The notes under the pieces are model-generated. The model was not told the DNA's origin. It saw nothing but the letters and a program-made list of their open reading frames with translations, and did no database searches. DNA of 63,954 bases, the filler included, from an uncultured bacterium (lineage in GTDB: Bacteria; CAZDME01; JAYEMH01): assembly GCA_964506785.1 (NCBI GenBank). It is 3 parts of 3 records of this genome, joined end to end, with 100 filler letters (N's around TTAATTAATTAA, not from the genome) between each part and the next. Parts side by side here need not be neighbours in the genome. Positions count along the whole stretch, not along the records: positions 1 to 28,079 come from CAZDME010000013.1; 2 more parts are not named here. One strand, 5' to 3'. This document shows, one piece after another, positions 1 to 10,096 of this stretch. How positions within the stretch are numbered: the first letter of the stretch is position 1; the number at the start of each line of letters is the position of its first letter. Position numbers and translations under genes: made by a program.

Positions 1-85
1 CAAATTTTTTTACTTCAATGGGTAAACCAGACAACTCTCCCGTAGGGAGAGTTGTCTGGTTTACCCATTGAAGTAAAAAAATTTG
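1..85. repeat. Perfect fold-back inverted repeat (41-bp arms, GTA loop) at the window start; probable amplification/assembly chimera
   Basis: 1-41 is the exact reverse complement of 45-85. It replaces the upstream part of prmC and gives an in-frame TAG at 43-45. Confidence 0.9.
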
Positions 86-315
86 ACCCCGTTCAAAGTC
101 TTGATGGTGGAGGCGATGGCTTTTGCCTTTACCGGAACCTTTTTTTCCAGGCAGGGTTTTATCTGAAAAAAAGAGGTTTCCTTGTAATAGAAATCGGCCG
201 GGGACAACTCAATTTAGTGAAAGATATACTCACACAGAATGAAAAACTTGAATTTATAAAAGTAATCCAGGATTACCGCGGAGAAGACCGGGTAGTTGTC
301 ATAAGGGGTACGTAA
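46..315 (+). CDS. prmC: Release factor glutamine methyltransferase PrmC/HemK, C-terminal fragment (5' truncated)
   Basis: EVKKFDP..LDGGGDG, LVIEIG.GQ and DYRGEDRVV match the HemK C-terminus; lies directly upstream of murA. Confidence 0.85.
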   Translation, partial: GELSGLPIEVKKFDPVQSLDGGGDGFCLYRNLFFQAGFYLKKRGFLVIEIGRGQLNLVKDILTQNEKLEFIKVIQDYRGEDRVVVIRGT

Positions 316-320
316 TTCAA

Positions 321-1580
321 ATGGACCAGATAATTGTTAACGGCGGTACGCCGCTCGTAGGGGAAGTAGAAATTAGCGGTTCAAAAAATGCGAGTCTGCC
401 TATTTTAGTCGCTTCTATTTTAGCTGATGGCTCGTCCGAGATTGAAAATGTGCCCCATCTCAGGGATGTTCGTACTATCTGCGAAGTTTTAAAAACCCTC
501 GGAGTTAAAGTAGCTTTTAAGGGTGACAGTAGAGTAGAAATTGACCCTTCTTGGCTTTCTGGATATGAAGCGCCGTATGATTTAGTCAAAACGATGCGGG
601 CTTCTATCTATGTTTTAGGGGCTCTTTTAGCCAAACGCGGTCAGGCTAAAGTTTCTCTGCCCGGAGGTTGCGCTATTGGTTCGCGGCCGTTAGATTTACA
701 TCTTAAGGGGTTAGAAAAATTAGGGGTAAGGTTTTCTCTGGAACACGGCTATATTTATGGGCAGGCCAAAAAGCTGGTGGGAAAAGAAATTTATCTGGAT
801 GTTCCCAGTCTTGGGGCGACTGTAAATATTATGTTGGCGGCGGTTCTGGCGGAAGGTGAAACCCAGATTAAAAACGCTGCTCGCGACCCGGAAATAGTTG
901 ATTTAGCTGAATTTTTAAAAAAAATGGGGGCACGGATTTCCGGTGAAGGTACCGACCAGATTGATATTACCGGGGTGAAAAGTTTAAAAGGGACTAGTTA
1001 TCAAGTTATCCCGGACAGGATTGAGGCGGGCAGTTATTTGGTTGCTGCCATTATTACCCGGGGAAAGATAAAAATAAAAAACTGCCGGCCGGAACATTTA
1101 ACCGCCATAATTGACAAAATGGAAGAGATGGGGGCATCCCTGGATTTAGGCCCGGACTATATTACCCTTGTCGGGAGGGATAAACTTTCTCCAACGGAAG
1201 TTATTACCCGTCCGTATCCCGGTTTTCCTACCGATATGCAGGCTCAAGTCGTTGCGCTGCTGACGGTTACTCCCGGGACCAGCGTGGTTACTGAAACTGT
1301 CTGGGAAAACCGTTTTATGCATGTCGAAGAACTGGAGCGGATGGGAGCCAGGATTTATCAAAAGGGCGCCAGTGCCATTATTGAAGGGGTAAGTAGTTTA
1401 AGCGGAGCCCAGGTTATGGCCACTGATTTGCGAGCCAGTGTGGCCTTAATTATTGCTGGATTAGTGGCTGGCGGCGAGACAACAATTTCCCGGGTTTATC
1501 ATCTGGACCGGGGATACGAAAACTTGGTGGATAAACTAAAGAAATTGGGAGCAAAGATAGAAAGAAGACAAAGCAAATAG
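321..1580 (+). CDS. murA: UDP-N-acetylglucosamine 1-carboxyvinyltransferase
   Basis: SGSKNASLP, LPGGCAIGSRP (catalytic Cys), PGFPTDMQAQ, HLDRGYE. Confidence 0.98.
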   Translation: MDQIIVNGGTPLVGEVEISGSKNASLPILVASILADGSSEIENVPHLRDVRTICEVLKTLGVKVAFKGDSRVEIDPSWLSGYEAPYDLVKTMRASIYVLGALLAKRGQAKVSLPGGCAIGSRPLDLHLKGLEKLGVRFSLEHGYIYGQAKKLVGKEIYLDVPSLGATVNIMLAAVLAEGETQIKNAARDPEIVDLAEFLKKMGARISGEGTDQIDITGVKSLKGTSYQVIPDRIEAGSYLVAAIITRGKIKIKNCRPEHLTAIIDKMEEMGASLDLGPDYITLVGRDKLSPTEVITRPYPGFPTDMQAQVVALLTVTPGTSVVTETVWENRFMHVEELERMGARIYQKGASAIIEGVSSLSGAQVMATDLRASVALIIAGLVAGGETTISRVYHLDRGYENLVDKLKKLGAKIERRQSK

Positions 1581-1588
1581 GAGGAGAA

Positions 1589-1828
1589 ATGGCTTTAGTT
1601 ATGCGTTTGCGTCGGGCGGGGGCGAAGAAGAAGGCATTCTACAAAATCGTGGTTATTGATTCCCGTTATAAACGGGAAGGCAGATTTACCGATGAAATTG
1701 GGTTATATAATCCGGTTAAGAATCCTTCGCTGATTAAAATAGATAAGGAAAAAGCCTCTCGCTGGCTGAAAAAGGGGGTCAGACCTTCAGCGACGGTCAA
1801 GAAACTTTTAAGAATTTTGGAAAAGTAA
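1589..1828 (+). CDS. rpsP: 30S ribosomal protein S16
   Basis: RLRRAGAKKKAFYKIVVIDSR..REGRF; AGGAG RBS. Confidence 0.97.
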   Translation: MALVMRLRRAGAKKKAFYKIVVIDSRYKREGRFTDEIGLYNPVKNPSLIKIDKEKASRWLKKGVRPSATVKKLLRILEK

Positions 1829-1832
1829 TTCA

Positions 1833-2585
1833 ATGAAAATAGATGTTTTAACCTTATTCCCTGATATGTTCCGCGGGCCTCTGGAGGCGAGCATTCTCAA
1901 GCGGGCCAGAGTCAAAAAAATCGTTAATATCCGTATTTTTGACATCCGCCATTTCAGCAAAGGCAAGCATTATCTTACAGACGATTATACTTATGGAGGT
2001 GGTTCTGGGATGATTATGAAGCCCGAACCGATTTTTGAAGCGGTCCGGGCTGTCTCGAAAAAACCGCTTTCCTGGGTAAAAAAAAGAGGAAGGAAATCGC
2101 CTTGGATAACTCTCTTGAGTCCGCAAGGGGATAAATTCAATCAAAAAAAAGCGCAAGATTTATCTAAGAAGAAGCATCTGATTTTTATTTGTGGCCGTTA
2201 CAAAGGAGTGGATGAAAGAATACGAAAGTATTTGGCAAATGAGGAAATTTCGATTGGTGATTATGTTTTAAGCGGCGGGGAGGCGGCCGCCTGGGTGATT
2301 ATAGAATCAATCGTTCGCTTAGTTCCCGGCGTTGTCGGTGACAAAGAATCGGTCACGACCGATTCTTTTTATCAAAAAGATATTTTTGATTATCCTCACT
2401 ACACCCGCCCGTTTAATTATTTGGGTTGGAAAGTGCCTGAAATTTTAATCTCTGGGGATCACCAAAAGATTCAACTTTGGCGGCGGAAGAAAGCCCTGGA
2501 AAAAACCTTCTACCAGAGACCGGAGCAGTTTGACAAACTAAATTTATCAGAAAAGGAGAAACGGCTAATTAAAAAAAAGGAATAA
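1833..2585 (+). CDS. trmD: tRNA (guanine-N1)-methyltransferase
   Basis: IDVLTLFP, YGGGSGM, CGRYKGVDER, SIGDYVLSGGE, YPHYTRP. Confidence 0.97.
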   Translation: MKIDVLTLFPDMFRGPLEASILKRARVKKIVNIRIFDIRHFSKGKHYLTDDYTYGGGSGMIMKPEPIFEAVRAVSKKPLSWVKKRGRKSPWITLLSPQGDKFNQKKAQDLSKKKHLIFICGRYKGVDERIRKYLANEEISIGDYVLSGGEAAAWVIIESIVRLVPGVVGDKESVTTDSFYQKDIFDYPHYTRPFNYLGWKVPEILISGDHQKIQLWRRKKALEKTFYQRPEQFDKLNLSEKEKRLIKKKE

Positions 2586-2598
2586 GAGGAGAAGAACG

Positions 2599-2994
2599 AT
2601 GAAAAAATTAGAAAATTTAGAGAAAGAATATATGAAGAAAGAAGTGCCTCTGTTTCAAATTGGAGATACCGCCGAGGTCGATTTTACCATCCGGGAGGGG
2701 GGGAAAGATAGGATTCAAACCTTTGTGGGCACTATTATTCGCCGGCGGGGAAAAGGATTAGGTAAAACATTTACTGTCCGGAAGATTTCTTACGGAGAAG
2801 GGGTAGAAAGAACCTTCTTGCTTCATTCACCCATTCTTAAGAATATCAAGGTGGTAAAAAAGAGCAAAGTTAGGCGGGCCAAGCTTTATTATCTTCGAAA
2901 AAAGATAGGCAAGAAAGGTCGCCTCAAAGATTATCGTGGAATAGGAGAATTTCAGACGGAAGAGGCAGATTTAGCGAAATCTTCTAAGGAATAA
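2599..2994 (+). CDS. rplS: 50S ribosomal protein L19
   Basis: RIQTFVG, TFTVRKISYGEGVERTF, VRRAKLYYLR. Confidence 0.97.
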   Translation: MKKLENLEKEYMKKEVPLFQIGDTAEVDFTIREGGKDRIQTFVGTIIRRRGKGLGKTFTVRKISYGEGVERTFLLHSPILKNIKVVKKSKVRRAKLYYLRKKIGKKGRLKDYRGIGEFQTEEADLAKSSKE

Positions 2995-3018
2995 GATAAC
3001 CCCGAGTCGTGACGGCAA

Positions 3019-3660
3019 ATGGTTAAAATGGGAAGCTTGTATTTACCCCGGGTGGATTTTTACGAAAAAAATCTTTTCAGTTCAGGTTATCGTTTAATTG
3101 CCGGAGTCGATGAAGCTGGACGAGGTCCCTTAGCCGGGCCGGTAGTTGCGGCCGCGGTCATTTTACCGGAGGAATTTAATCCTCATGGAATAAAGGATTC
3201 AAAAAAACTGACCCAACAGAAAAGAGAAGAGTTTTACCATCTAATTCTGAAAGAGGTAATTAGTTTTGGGCTGGGGATAGTTAACGAACGGGTGATTGAC
3301 TATCTTAATATAAAAGAGGCTACTTTTAAAGCGATGGAGAGAGCAATACTAAATTTAAATCCACAGCCGGAGATAGTTTTGATTGACGGCTTGGCTATTT
3401 CCGGAAGCAATATTCCGCAGATTGCCATAATTCAAGGGGATAATTTAAGCATTTCAATTATGGCTGCTTCCGTTATTGCCAAAGTAGTTAGAGATTACCT
3501 TATGAACATTTACGATAAAGTTTTTCCTCAATATCGGTTTGCGACCAATAAGGGGTATGGTACAGAAGACCACCTTAGATTTATAGAGCGTTTTGGCCGC
3601 TCGATTATCCATCGAAAAAGTTTTCAAATTAAAAAATGGGAAGAGAAAAGAATAAATTAG
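3019..3660 (+). CDS. rnhB: Ribonuclease HII
   Basis: AGVDEAGRGPLAGPVVAAA, DSKKL, AASVIAKV.RD, NKGYGT. Confidence 0.97.
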   Translation: MVKMGSLYLPRVDFYEKNLFSSGYRLIAGVDEAGRGPLAGPVVAAAVILPEEFNPHGIKDSKKLTQQKREEFYHLILKEVISFGLGIVNERVIDYLNIKEATFKAMERAILNLNPQPEIVLIDGLAISGSNIPQIAIIQGDNLSISIMAASVIAKVVRDYLMNIYDKVFPQYRFATNKGYGTEDHLRFIERFGRSIIHRKSFQIKKWEEKRIN

Positions 3661-4019
3661 GAAAATTAGGGGAGGATATTGCCGCTAGATTTCTCACCCA
3701 GAAAGGCTGGCAGATTCTCGAAAGGAACTACCGAAGCCGTTTTGGCGAAATTGACATTGTTGCCAAAGATAAAGATTTTATTGTTTTTGTCGAAGTAAAA
3801 AGCGCGAAGCTCTATTCGTCCAGTTTTCCTAAAGAGTCAATTACCAGAAGAAAACAGATGCAGATAAGCAAGATGGCTTTAGCTTTTCTTAAACATTTTA
3901 GCCTCTTTGGAAGGAACGCCCGTTTTGACGTTATGGCGGTTTACCTGGGAAGAGAAAATTTTTCAACTCCAAAAATAGAGTTAGTCAAAAATGCCTTTCC
4001 CTTACCGGTTGGTTTTTAA
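3636..4019 (+). CDS. yraN: YraN/UPF0102 family nuclease-like protein
   Basis: LGEDIAARFL, RNYR.RFGEIDIVA, VFVEVK, RFDV. Confidence 0.92.
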   Translation: MGREKNKLGKLGEDIAARFLTQKGWQILERNYRSRFGEIDIVAKDKDFIVFVEVKSAKLYSSSFPKESITRRKQMQISKMALAFLKHFSLFGRNARFDVMAVYLGRENFSTPKIELVKNAFPLPVGF

Positions 4020-4039
4020 TTTTAGAGAAAGGGTAAAAT

Positions 4040-5572
4040 TTGTTAGCTAAGGTTTATTCTGGTGCGATTTTTGGCATTAATGCCGACAAAGTAGAAATTG
4101 AAGTGGATATTGCCCGGGGACTGCCTCTTTTGACTATGGTTGGTCTTCCCGATAAGGCCGTTAAGGAAAGTAAGGATAGGGTTAAAGCAGCCATCAAGAA
4201 TTCCGGGTTTGATTATCCAACCTCGCATATCACCGTAAATTTAGCCCCGGCTGATGTGGCAAAGGAAGGGACGGCTTTTGATTTGCCTATTGCTCTGGGA
4301 ATTTTAGCTGCCCGGGGAGAATTGTCACAAAATGACCTGAAGAATTTTATTATTTTGGGAGAACTTTCTTTAGATGGAGGGATTCGTCCGGTTAAAGGTG
4401 CTCTTCCGATAGGGATTCTTACGCGGAAATTGAGGAAAAAAGGACTAATTCTTCCCTGGAAAAATGCTAATGAAGCCTCGGTGGTGGAGGATATAAAGGT
4501 TTACGGGATAAATAGCCTGCGCCAGACGGTGAATTTACTTAAAGGTGCAGGGGAATTTCATTCCCATCGAGTTGACCGGGACAAACTTTTTAGCGAAAAT
4601 TGCCGCTATTCGCTGGATTTTCAGGAAGTCAAGGGGCAGGAATATGCGAAACGGGCTTTAGAGGTAGCTGCCGCCGGCGGGCATAATCTTTTAATGATTG
4701 GCCCTCCCGGAGCCGGCAAGACGATGCTTGCCCGGCGCCTGCCGAGTATCACTCCTCCTTTAAGTTTAGAGGAAGCCTTGGAAACAACTAAGATTCACAG
4801 CATTCTCGGTTTGCTCCCTTCGGAAAAGCCTATTCTGGCTACCCGTGCCTTTCGTTCTCCGCATCATACTATTTCTGATGCCGGATTAATTGGGGGTGGA
4901 AGCTATCCCCGGCCGGGTGAGGTAAGTTTGGCTCATTATGGCGTTCTTTTTTTGGATGAATTGCCAGAATTCCATCGTAATGTCTTAGAGGCGCTGCGTC
5001 AACCCCTGGAGGAAGGGAAGGTAACTATTTCTCGTGCTTCGGCCAGCCTTCAATATCCAGCGCAGTTCATGCTGGTGGCGGCTATGAATCCTTGCCCCTG
5101 CGGTTATTTTGGCCATCCTCGTCGAGAATGCCGCTGTAATTCGGCCCAAATCTATCGTTATCGGGCAAAAATATCCGGCCCCTTGCTCGACCGGATTGAC
5201 CTTCATATTGAAGTTCCTGCTTTGAATTATAAGGAACTTTCTGAAGAGCGGCAGGCGGAAAACTCCGATTCTATCAGAAAAAGGGTCATTGAAGCCCGTC
5301 GGATTCAAGAAGAACGTTTCCAGAATAGCCGGATTTTCTGCAACGCTCATATGGGAAAAAGAGAAATAAAGGAATTTTGCTTGCTCAATAACGAAGGACA
5401 CTATATCCTTAAACAGGCCTTTTTAGAGATGGGGATTAGTGCCCGTGCTTATGACCGGATTTTAAAGGTAAGCCGGACGATTGCTGATTTGGAAAGAAAA
5501 GAAAATATTCAGGTTCAACATTTAGCCGAAGCCATTCAATACCGAATCTTAGACAGAGACCCACTTAATTAA
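4040..5572 (+). CDS. comM: YifB/ComM family Mg-chelatase-like AAA+ ATPase
   Basis: [45 protein letters not shown] start. Confidence 0.95.
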   Translation: MLAKVYSGAIFGINADKVEIEVDIARGLPLLTMVGLPDKAVKESKDRVKAAIKNSGFDYPTSHITVNLAPADVAKEGTAFDLPIALGILAARGELSQNDLKNFIILGELSLDGGIRPVKGALPIGILTRKLRKKGLILPWKNANEASVVEDIKVYGINSLRQTVNLLKGAGEFHSHRVDRDKLFSENCRYSLDFQEVKGQEYAKRALEVAAAGGHNLLMIGPPGAGKTMLARRLPSITPPLSLEEALETTKIHSILGLLPSEKPILATRAFRSPHHTISDAGLIGGGSYPRPGEVSLAHYGVLFLDELPEFHRNVLEALRQPLEEGKVTISRASASLQYPAQFMLVAAMNPCPCGYFGHPRRECRCNSAQIYRYRAKISGPLLDRIDLHIEVPALNYKELSEERQAENSDSIRKRVIEARRIQEERFQNSRIFCNAHMGKREIKEFCLLNNEGHYILKQAFLEMGISARAYDRILKVSRTIADLERKENIQVQHLAEAIQYRILDRDPLN

Positions 5573-5582
5573 AGGGACTAAA

Positions 5583-6719
5583 ATGATGAAAACTAAAAAA
5601 AATATAATTTTTGTTTCTCTATGTTTTTTGTTGCTCAGTGCCTTTTTGGCGGGTTTCTTTCTTTTAATGCAGCGCCATATTGAAAGGCGGATTGCTCAGA
5701 GGTTTTATCTGGGAGAGAATTTGGTGAAGGAAGGGAAATGGGAAGAAGCGGCAGTTCTTTTTGAAGAACTATCTGCTAATTATCCAAAGAGCAGAAAAAC
5801 CCCGGCGGCAATTTTTTATCAGGCTTTTTCTCTGGAGAAACTTGGCCGGAGGCCGGAGGCCTATGTTCTTTTGAATAAAGTTATAGATGAGTTTCCCGAA
5901 AGTGATTGGGTGGTTCCTGGCCTATTGCTTCAGGCCAGAATTGAGAAGCTTAATGGAGAGTTTCTAAAGGCCCAAAAGCTTTATGAAAGGGTAACTGCCG
6001 ATTTTAAAGAATCTCCTTTTCTGGAAGAGGCCTGGCTGGGTTTAGGTGAAATTTATGAGGAGAAAGGAGAATTAGCCGAAGCCAAAAGCTTTTATGAGCG
6101 GGTCATCGAGGGATTTCCTGAAGGGGCCATTGATGAGTCCGCCCGCGAACATTTAGGTAATCTCCAGATAAAAATGATTTTTTCTTCTTATCCCAGCATC
6201 GGCAGTTTTGTCTATAAAGTTAGTTCAGGGGATTCTTTGGAAGGTGTCGCCCGAAGGTTCAATACGACCGTCGATTTACTTAAAGAAGCCAATCATCTAA
6301 AGTCAAAATACCTTTCTGTCGGACGCCGCCTTAAAATTACCCCCTGTCAGTTCAATATTTTGGTCTCTAAATCGAAAAATATATTAGTTCTTAAGTATAA
6401 AGATGAAGTAATAAAAATTTATTCGGTAGCCACGGGAAAATTTAATTCCACCCCCGTCGGGGATTTTAAGATCGTCAATAAGCTTAAAAATCCGGTATGG
6501 TTCCGTCATGGAAGGAAAATCCCCAGCGGCCATCCGGACAATATTTTAGGAAGCCATTGGTTAGGAATTTCTGAGCCCAGCTATGGCATCCATGGTACCA
6601 CCCAGCCGGAATCCATCGGTCAGCAGTCTACCGAAGGTTGTATCCGTATGCTGAATAAAGAAGTCGAAGAATTGTTTAAACTGGTGACCATCGGGACGCC
6701 GGTAAAAATTATTGATTGA
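5583..6719 (+). CDS. Membrane-anchored L,D-transpeptidase (TM, TPR repeats, LysM, YkuD domain)
   Basis: N-terminal TM helix; TPR-like repeats; LysM YKVSSGDSLEGVARRFNTTV; catalytic YGIHGT...STEGCIRM. Confidence 0.9.
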   Translation: MMKTKKNIIFVSLCFLLLSAFLAGFFLLMQRHIERRIAQRFYLGENLVKEGKWEEAAVLFEELSANYPKSRKTPAAIFYQAFSLEKLGRRPEAYVLLNKVIDEFPESDWVVPGLLLQARIEKLNGEFLKAQKLYERVTADFKESPFLEEAWLGLGEIYEEKGELAEAKSFYERVIEGFPEGAIDESAREHLGNLQIKMIFSSYPSIGSFVYKVSSGDSLEGVARRFNTTVDLLKEANHLKSKYLSVGRRLKITPCQFNILVSKSKNILVLKYKDEVIKIYSVATGKFNSTPVGDFKIVNKLKNPVWFRHGRKIPSGHPDNILGSHWLGISEPSYGIHGTTQPESIGQQSTEGCIRMLNKEVEELFKLVTIGTPVKIID

Positions 6720-7698
6720 GGCAGAGATGAACGGCAGCGGTTTAGATTTCGAACAGCCGATTAACGAATTGGAAAGGAAAATCGAAGAGCTGAAAAAAAT
6801 CTCTTCAAAGGAGCGTTTGAATATTCAAGGAGAAATAGACCAGTTGGAAGAAAGGGCGCGCAAGCTTAAAAGCGAGATTTTTTCCAATTTAAACGCCTGG
6901 CAGAGAACCCAATTGGCCAGACTTCTCCAGAGGCCTTCCAGTCTGGATTATATAAAGTTTATGATGGATGATTTCGTCGAGTTACATGGAGATAGATTAT
7001 TTTCCGATGATCGGGCGGTTGTCGCTGGTTTAGGGAGGCTTGGGGGAAATTCCATAATGGTTATTGGGCACCAGAAAGGGAAAAATACTAAAGAAAACCT
7101 GAAGCGTAATTTTGGTATGCCGCATCCGGAGGGTTACCGGAAGGCTTGGCGGGTAATGAAAATGGCAGAAAAATTTTCTTTTCCTGTGCTTACCCTGATT
7201 GATACCCCCGGCGCTTATCCGGGGATTGGGGCGGAGGAGCGGGGTCAGGCCGAAGCCATTGCCCGAAACCTATGGGAGATGTCACGGCTTAGAACTCCGA
7301 TAATTGCCGTTGTCATTGGAGAAGGAGGAAGCGGCGGCGCTTTAGGTATTGGAGTAGGAGATAGAGTTTTAATCTTAGAAAATGCTATTTATTCCGTAAT
7401 TTCCCCGGAAGGATGTGCCGCTATTCTCTGGAAAGACCGTAAAAAGGCAGCGTTGGCGGCGGAGGCGATGAAACTGACTTCTTTTGACCTTTTACGTTTA
7501 GGCGTGGTTGATGAGATTGTCCCGGAACCTTTAGGCGGTGCGCATCGGGACAAGGAGGAAGCCGCTTCTATTCTTAAAGAAGTTTTTCTTCGCCATCTGG
7601 ATGAACTCAAAGGATTATCTATTGATGAATTATTGTTTTCCCGTTATAACAAATATCGGCATTTAGGCAGTTTTAAAGAGAAAGGAGAAATTTCGTGA
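6712..7698 (+). CDS. accA: Acetyl-CoA carboxylase carboxyltransferase alpha subunit (start may be ATG 6727)
   Basis: ELHGDR, RNFGMPHPEGYRKA, IDTPGAYPG, GEGGSGGALG, YSVISPEGCA. Confidence 0.97.
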   Translation: MIEAEMNGSGLDFEQPINELERKIEELKKISSKERLNIQGEIDQLEERARKLKSEIFSNLNAWQRTQLARLLQRPSSLDYIKFMMDDFVELHGDRLFSDDRAVVAGLGRLGGNSIMVIGHQKGKNTKENLKRNFGMPHPEGYRKAWRVMKMAEKFSFPVLTLIDTPGAYPGIGAEERGQAEAIARNLWEMSRLRTPIIAVVIGEGGSGGALGIGVGDRVLILENAIYSVISPEGCAAILWKDRKKAALAAEAMKLTSFDLLRLGVVDEIVPEPLGGAHRDKEEAASILKEVFLRHLDELKGLSIDELLFSRYNKYRHLGSFKEKGEIS

Positions 7699-7967
7699 GT
7701 CTTCATAAAAGTTTAGCTGAAAAAAGCCGGGGGTTCCATCGAAATGTCTTAAAGCGTTTTGAACGGATAAAGTTTCTTAAGGAAAAGGATAAATGGGATG
7801 AGGAAAACCCGAAATATTATGGACTCCCCAAGGTGAAATCTTTGAAGGTTAAGGTAAAAAAGGTGAAGGAGGAGAAGCCGGCTGAAGGTGAAGCTGCGGC
7901 GGCTGCTCAAGAGACAACCGACGCGGCTCCACAGACAAAAGAAACGCGAGGGAAAAATAAAAGTTAA
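7695..7967 (+). CDS. Small basic protein, PVC superphylum signature protein
   Basis: MSLHKSL...HRNVLKRFERI..LK...W....YGLPKVK matches the PVC small basic protein pattern; Ala/Glu-rich tail. Confidence 0.85.
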   Translation: MSLHKSLAEKSRGFHRNVLKRFERIKFLKEKDKWDEENPKYYGLPKVKSLKVKVKKVKEEKPAEGEAAAAAQETTDAAPQTKETRGKNKS

Positions 7968-8028
7968 TATCTGCTGTAGACAAGACCTCCCGCATAAGCC
8001 TGAGACAAAAAGAGCATATTTTGGTTAA

Positions 8029-9345
<1,317 letters not shown>

Positions 9346-9357
9346 AGTAGAATTGCT

Positions 9358-9391
9358 TTGACAAACAGTTCAATCTTTGATAGCCTATAAA
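9358..9391 (+). promoter_or_regulatory. Sigma70-type promoter for the tRNA pair
   Basis: Consensus TTGACA at 9358-9363 with candidate -10 hexamers (TAGCCT, TATAAA) upstream of tRNA-Lys. Confidence 0.5.
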
Positions 9392-9402
9392 GCCTCGTTA
9401 TT

Positions 9403-9478
9403 GGGCCGCTAGCTCATCCGGTAGAGCACCGCCCTTTTAAGGCGGGTGTGGAAGGTTCGAGTCCTTCGCGGCTCACCA
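9403..9478 (+). tRNA. tRNA-Lys(TTT)
   Basis: Cloverleaf; anticodon arm CCGCC-CTTTTAA-GGCGG; GTTCGAGTC T-loop; encoded CCA. Confidence 0.96.
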
Positions 9479-9482
9479 TTGC

Positions 9483-9557
9483 GTCCCCATCGTCTAGTGG
9501 TTAGGACATCACTCTTTCAAGGTGACGACATGGGTTCGACTCCCATTGGGGACGCCA
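9483..9557 (+). tRNA. tRNA-Glu(TTC)
   Basis: Anticodon arm TCACT-CTTTCAA-GGTGA; GGTTCGACTCCC; encoded CCA. Confidence 0.96.
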
Positions 9558-9700
9558 TTTATTTGTCTATTGCGATTATCCAGCCAAAGGTATGCTTTCC
9601 CAAAAAAATTCCTCATTTTTCCCTTGATAATTATCCATAAATAGGATAAATTGAATATCAGAGAGGAATTACATATGCATTCTTGGAGATGTATGCGGTG

Positions 9701-10096
9701 ATGAGAAATAAAAGAGGCATGACTTTAATCGAGATTATGGTTTCGGTTATTTTATTCGTTTTGTGCATCGCAGGAGTAATGGCCTTGATTTATCATAGCA
9801 CCGTAGCCAGCTATAGCGTTTATTACACCTATCTGGCCACAAACTTGGCGAAAAATAGGATAGAATGGATTCGGGAACATCGTGCCAATAAAGGGTATCT
9901 ATCCCTAGGTGATTTACCAGCCGAACAAATTGATATGATTGACCGTTATGGAAACTCTGGCGAAGATTTTGAGAGAACCACTCAGGTTGAATATTCTCCG
10001 GAGCAAAGCAAGATAACCGTAATGGTAGATTTTAAAAGAAGAGAAGTAAACGTCCCGATTAAAGTAGAATTAGTAACCCTGCTGCAGAACTATTGA
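9701..10096 (+). CDS. Minor type IV pilin/pseudopilin, PilV/GspI-like (start could be 9689)
   Basis: Class III signal peptide RNKRG|MTLIE, hydrophobic helix, ATNLAKNRIE. Confidence 0.85.
   Translation: MRNKRGMTLIEIMVSVILFVLCIAGVMALIYHSTVASYSVYYTYLATNLAKNRIEWIREHRANKGYLSLGDLPAEQIDMIDRYGNSGEDFERTTQVEYSPEQSKITVMVDFKRREVNVPIKVELVTLLQNY

Noticed and set aside
9446-9640. ORFs overlapping RNA genes (9446-9640, 18534-18752, 19562-19792, and the 19629 amidase extension)
   Set aside because: They run through tRNA or tmRNA sequence and are spurious
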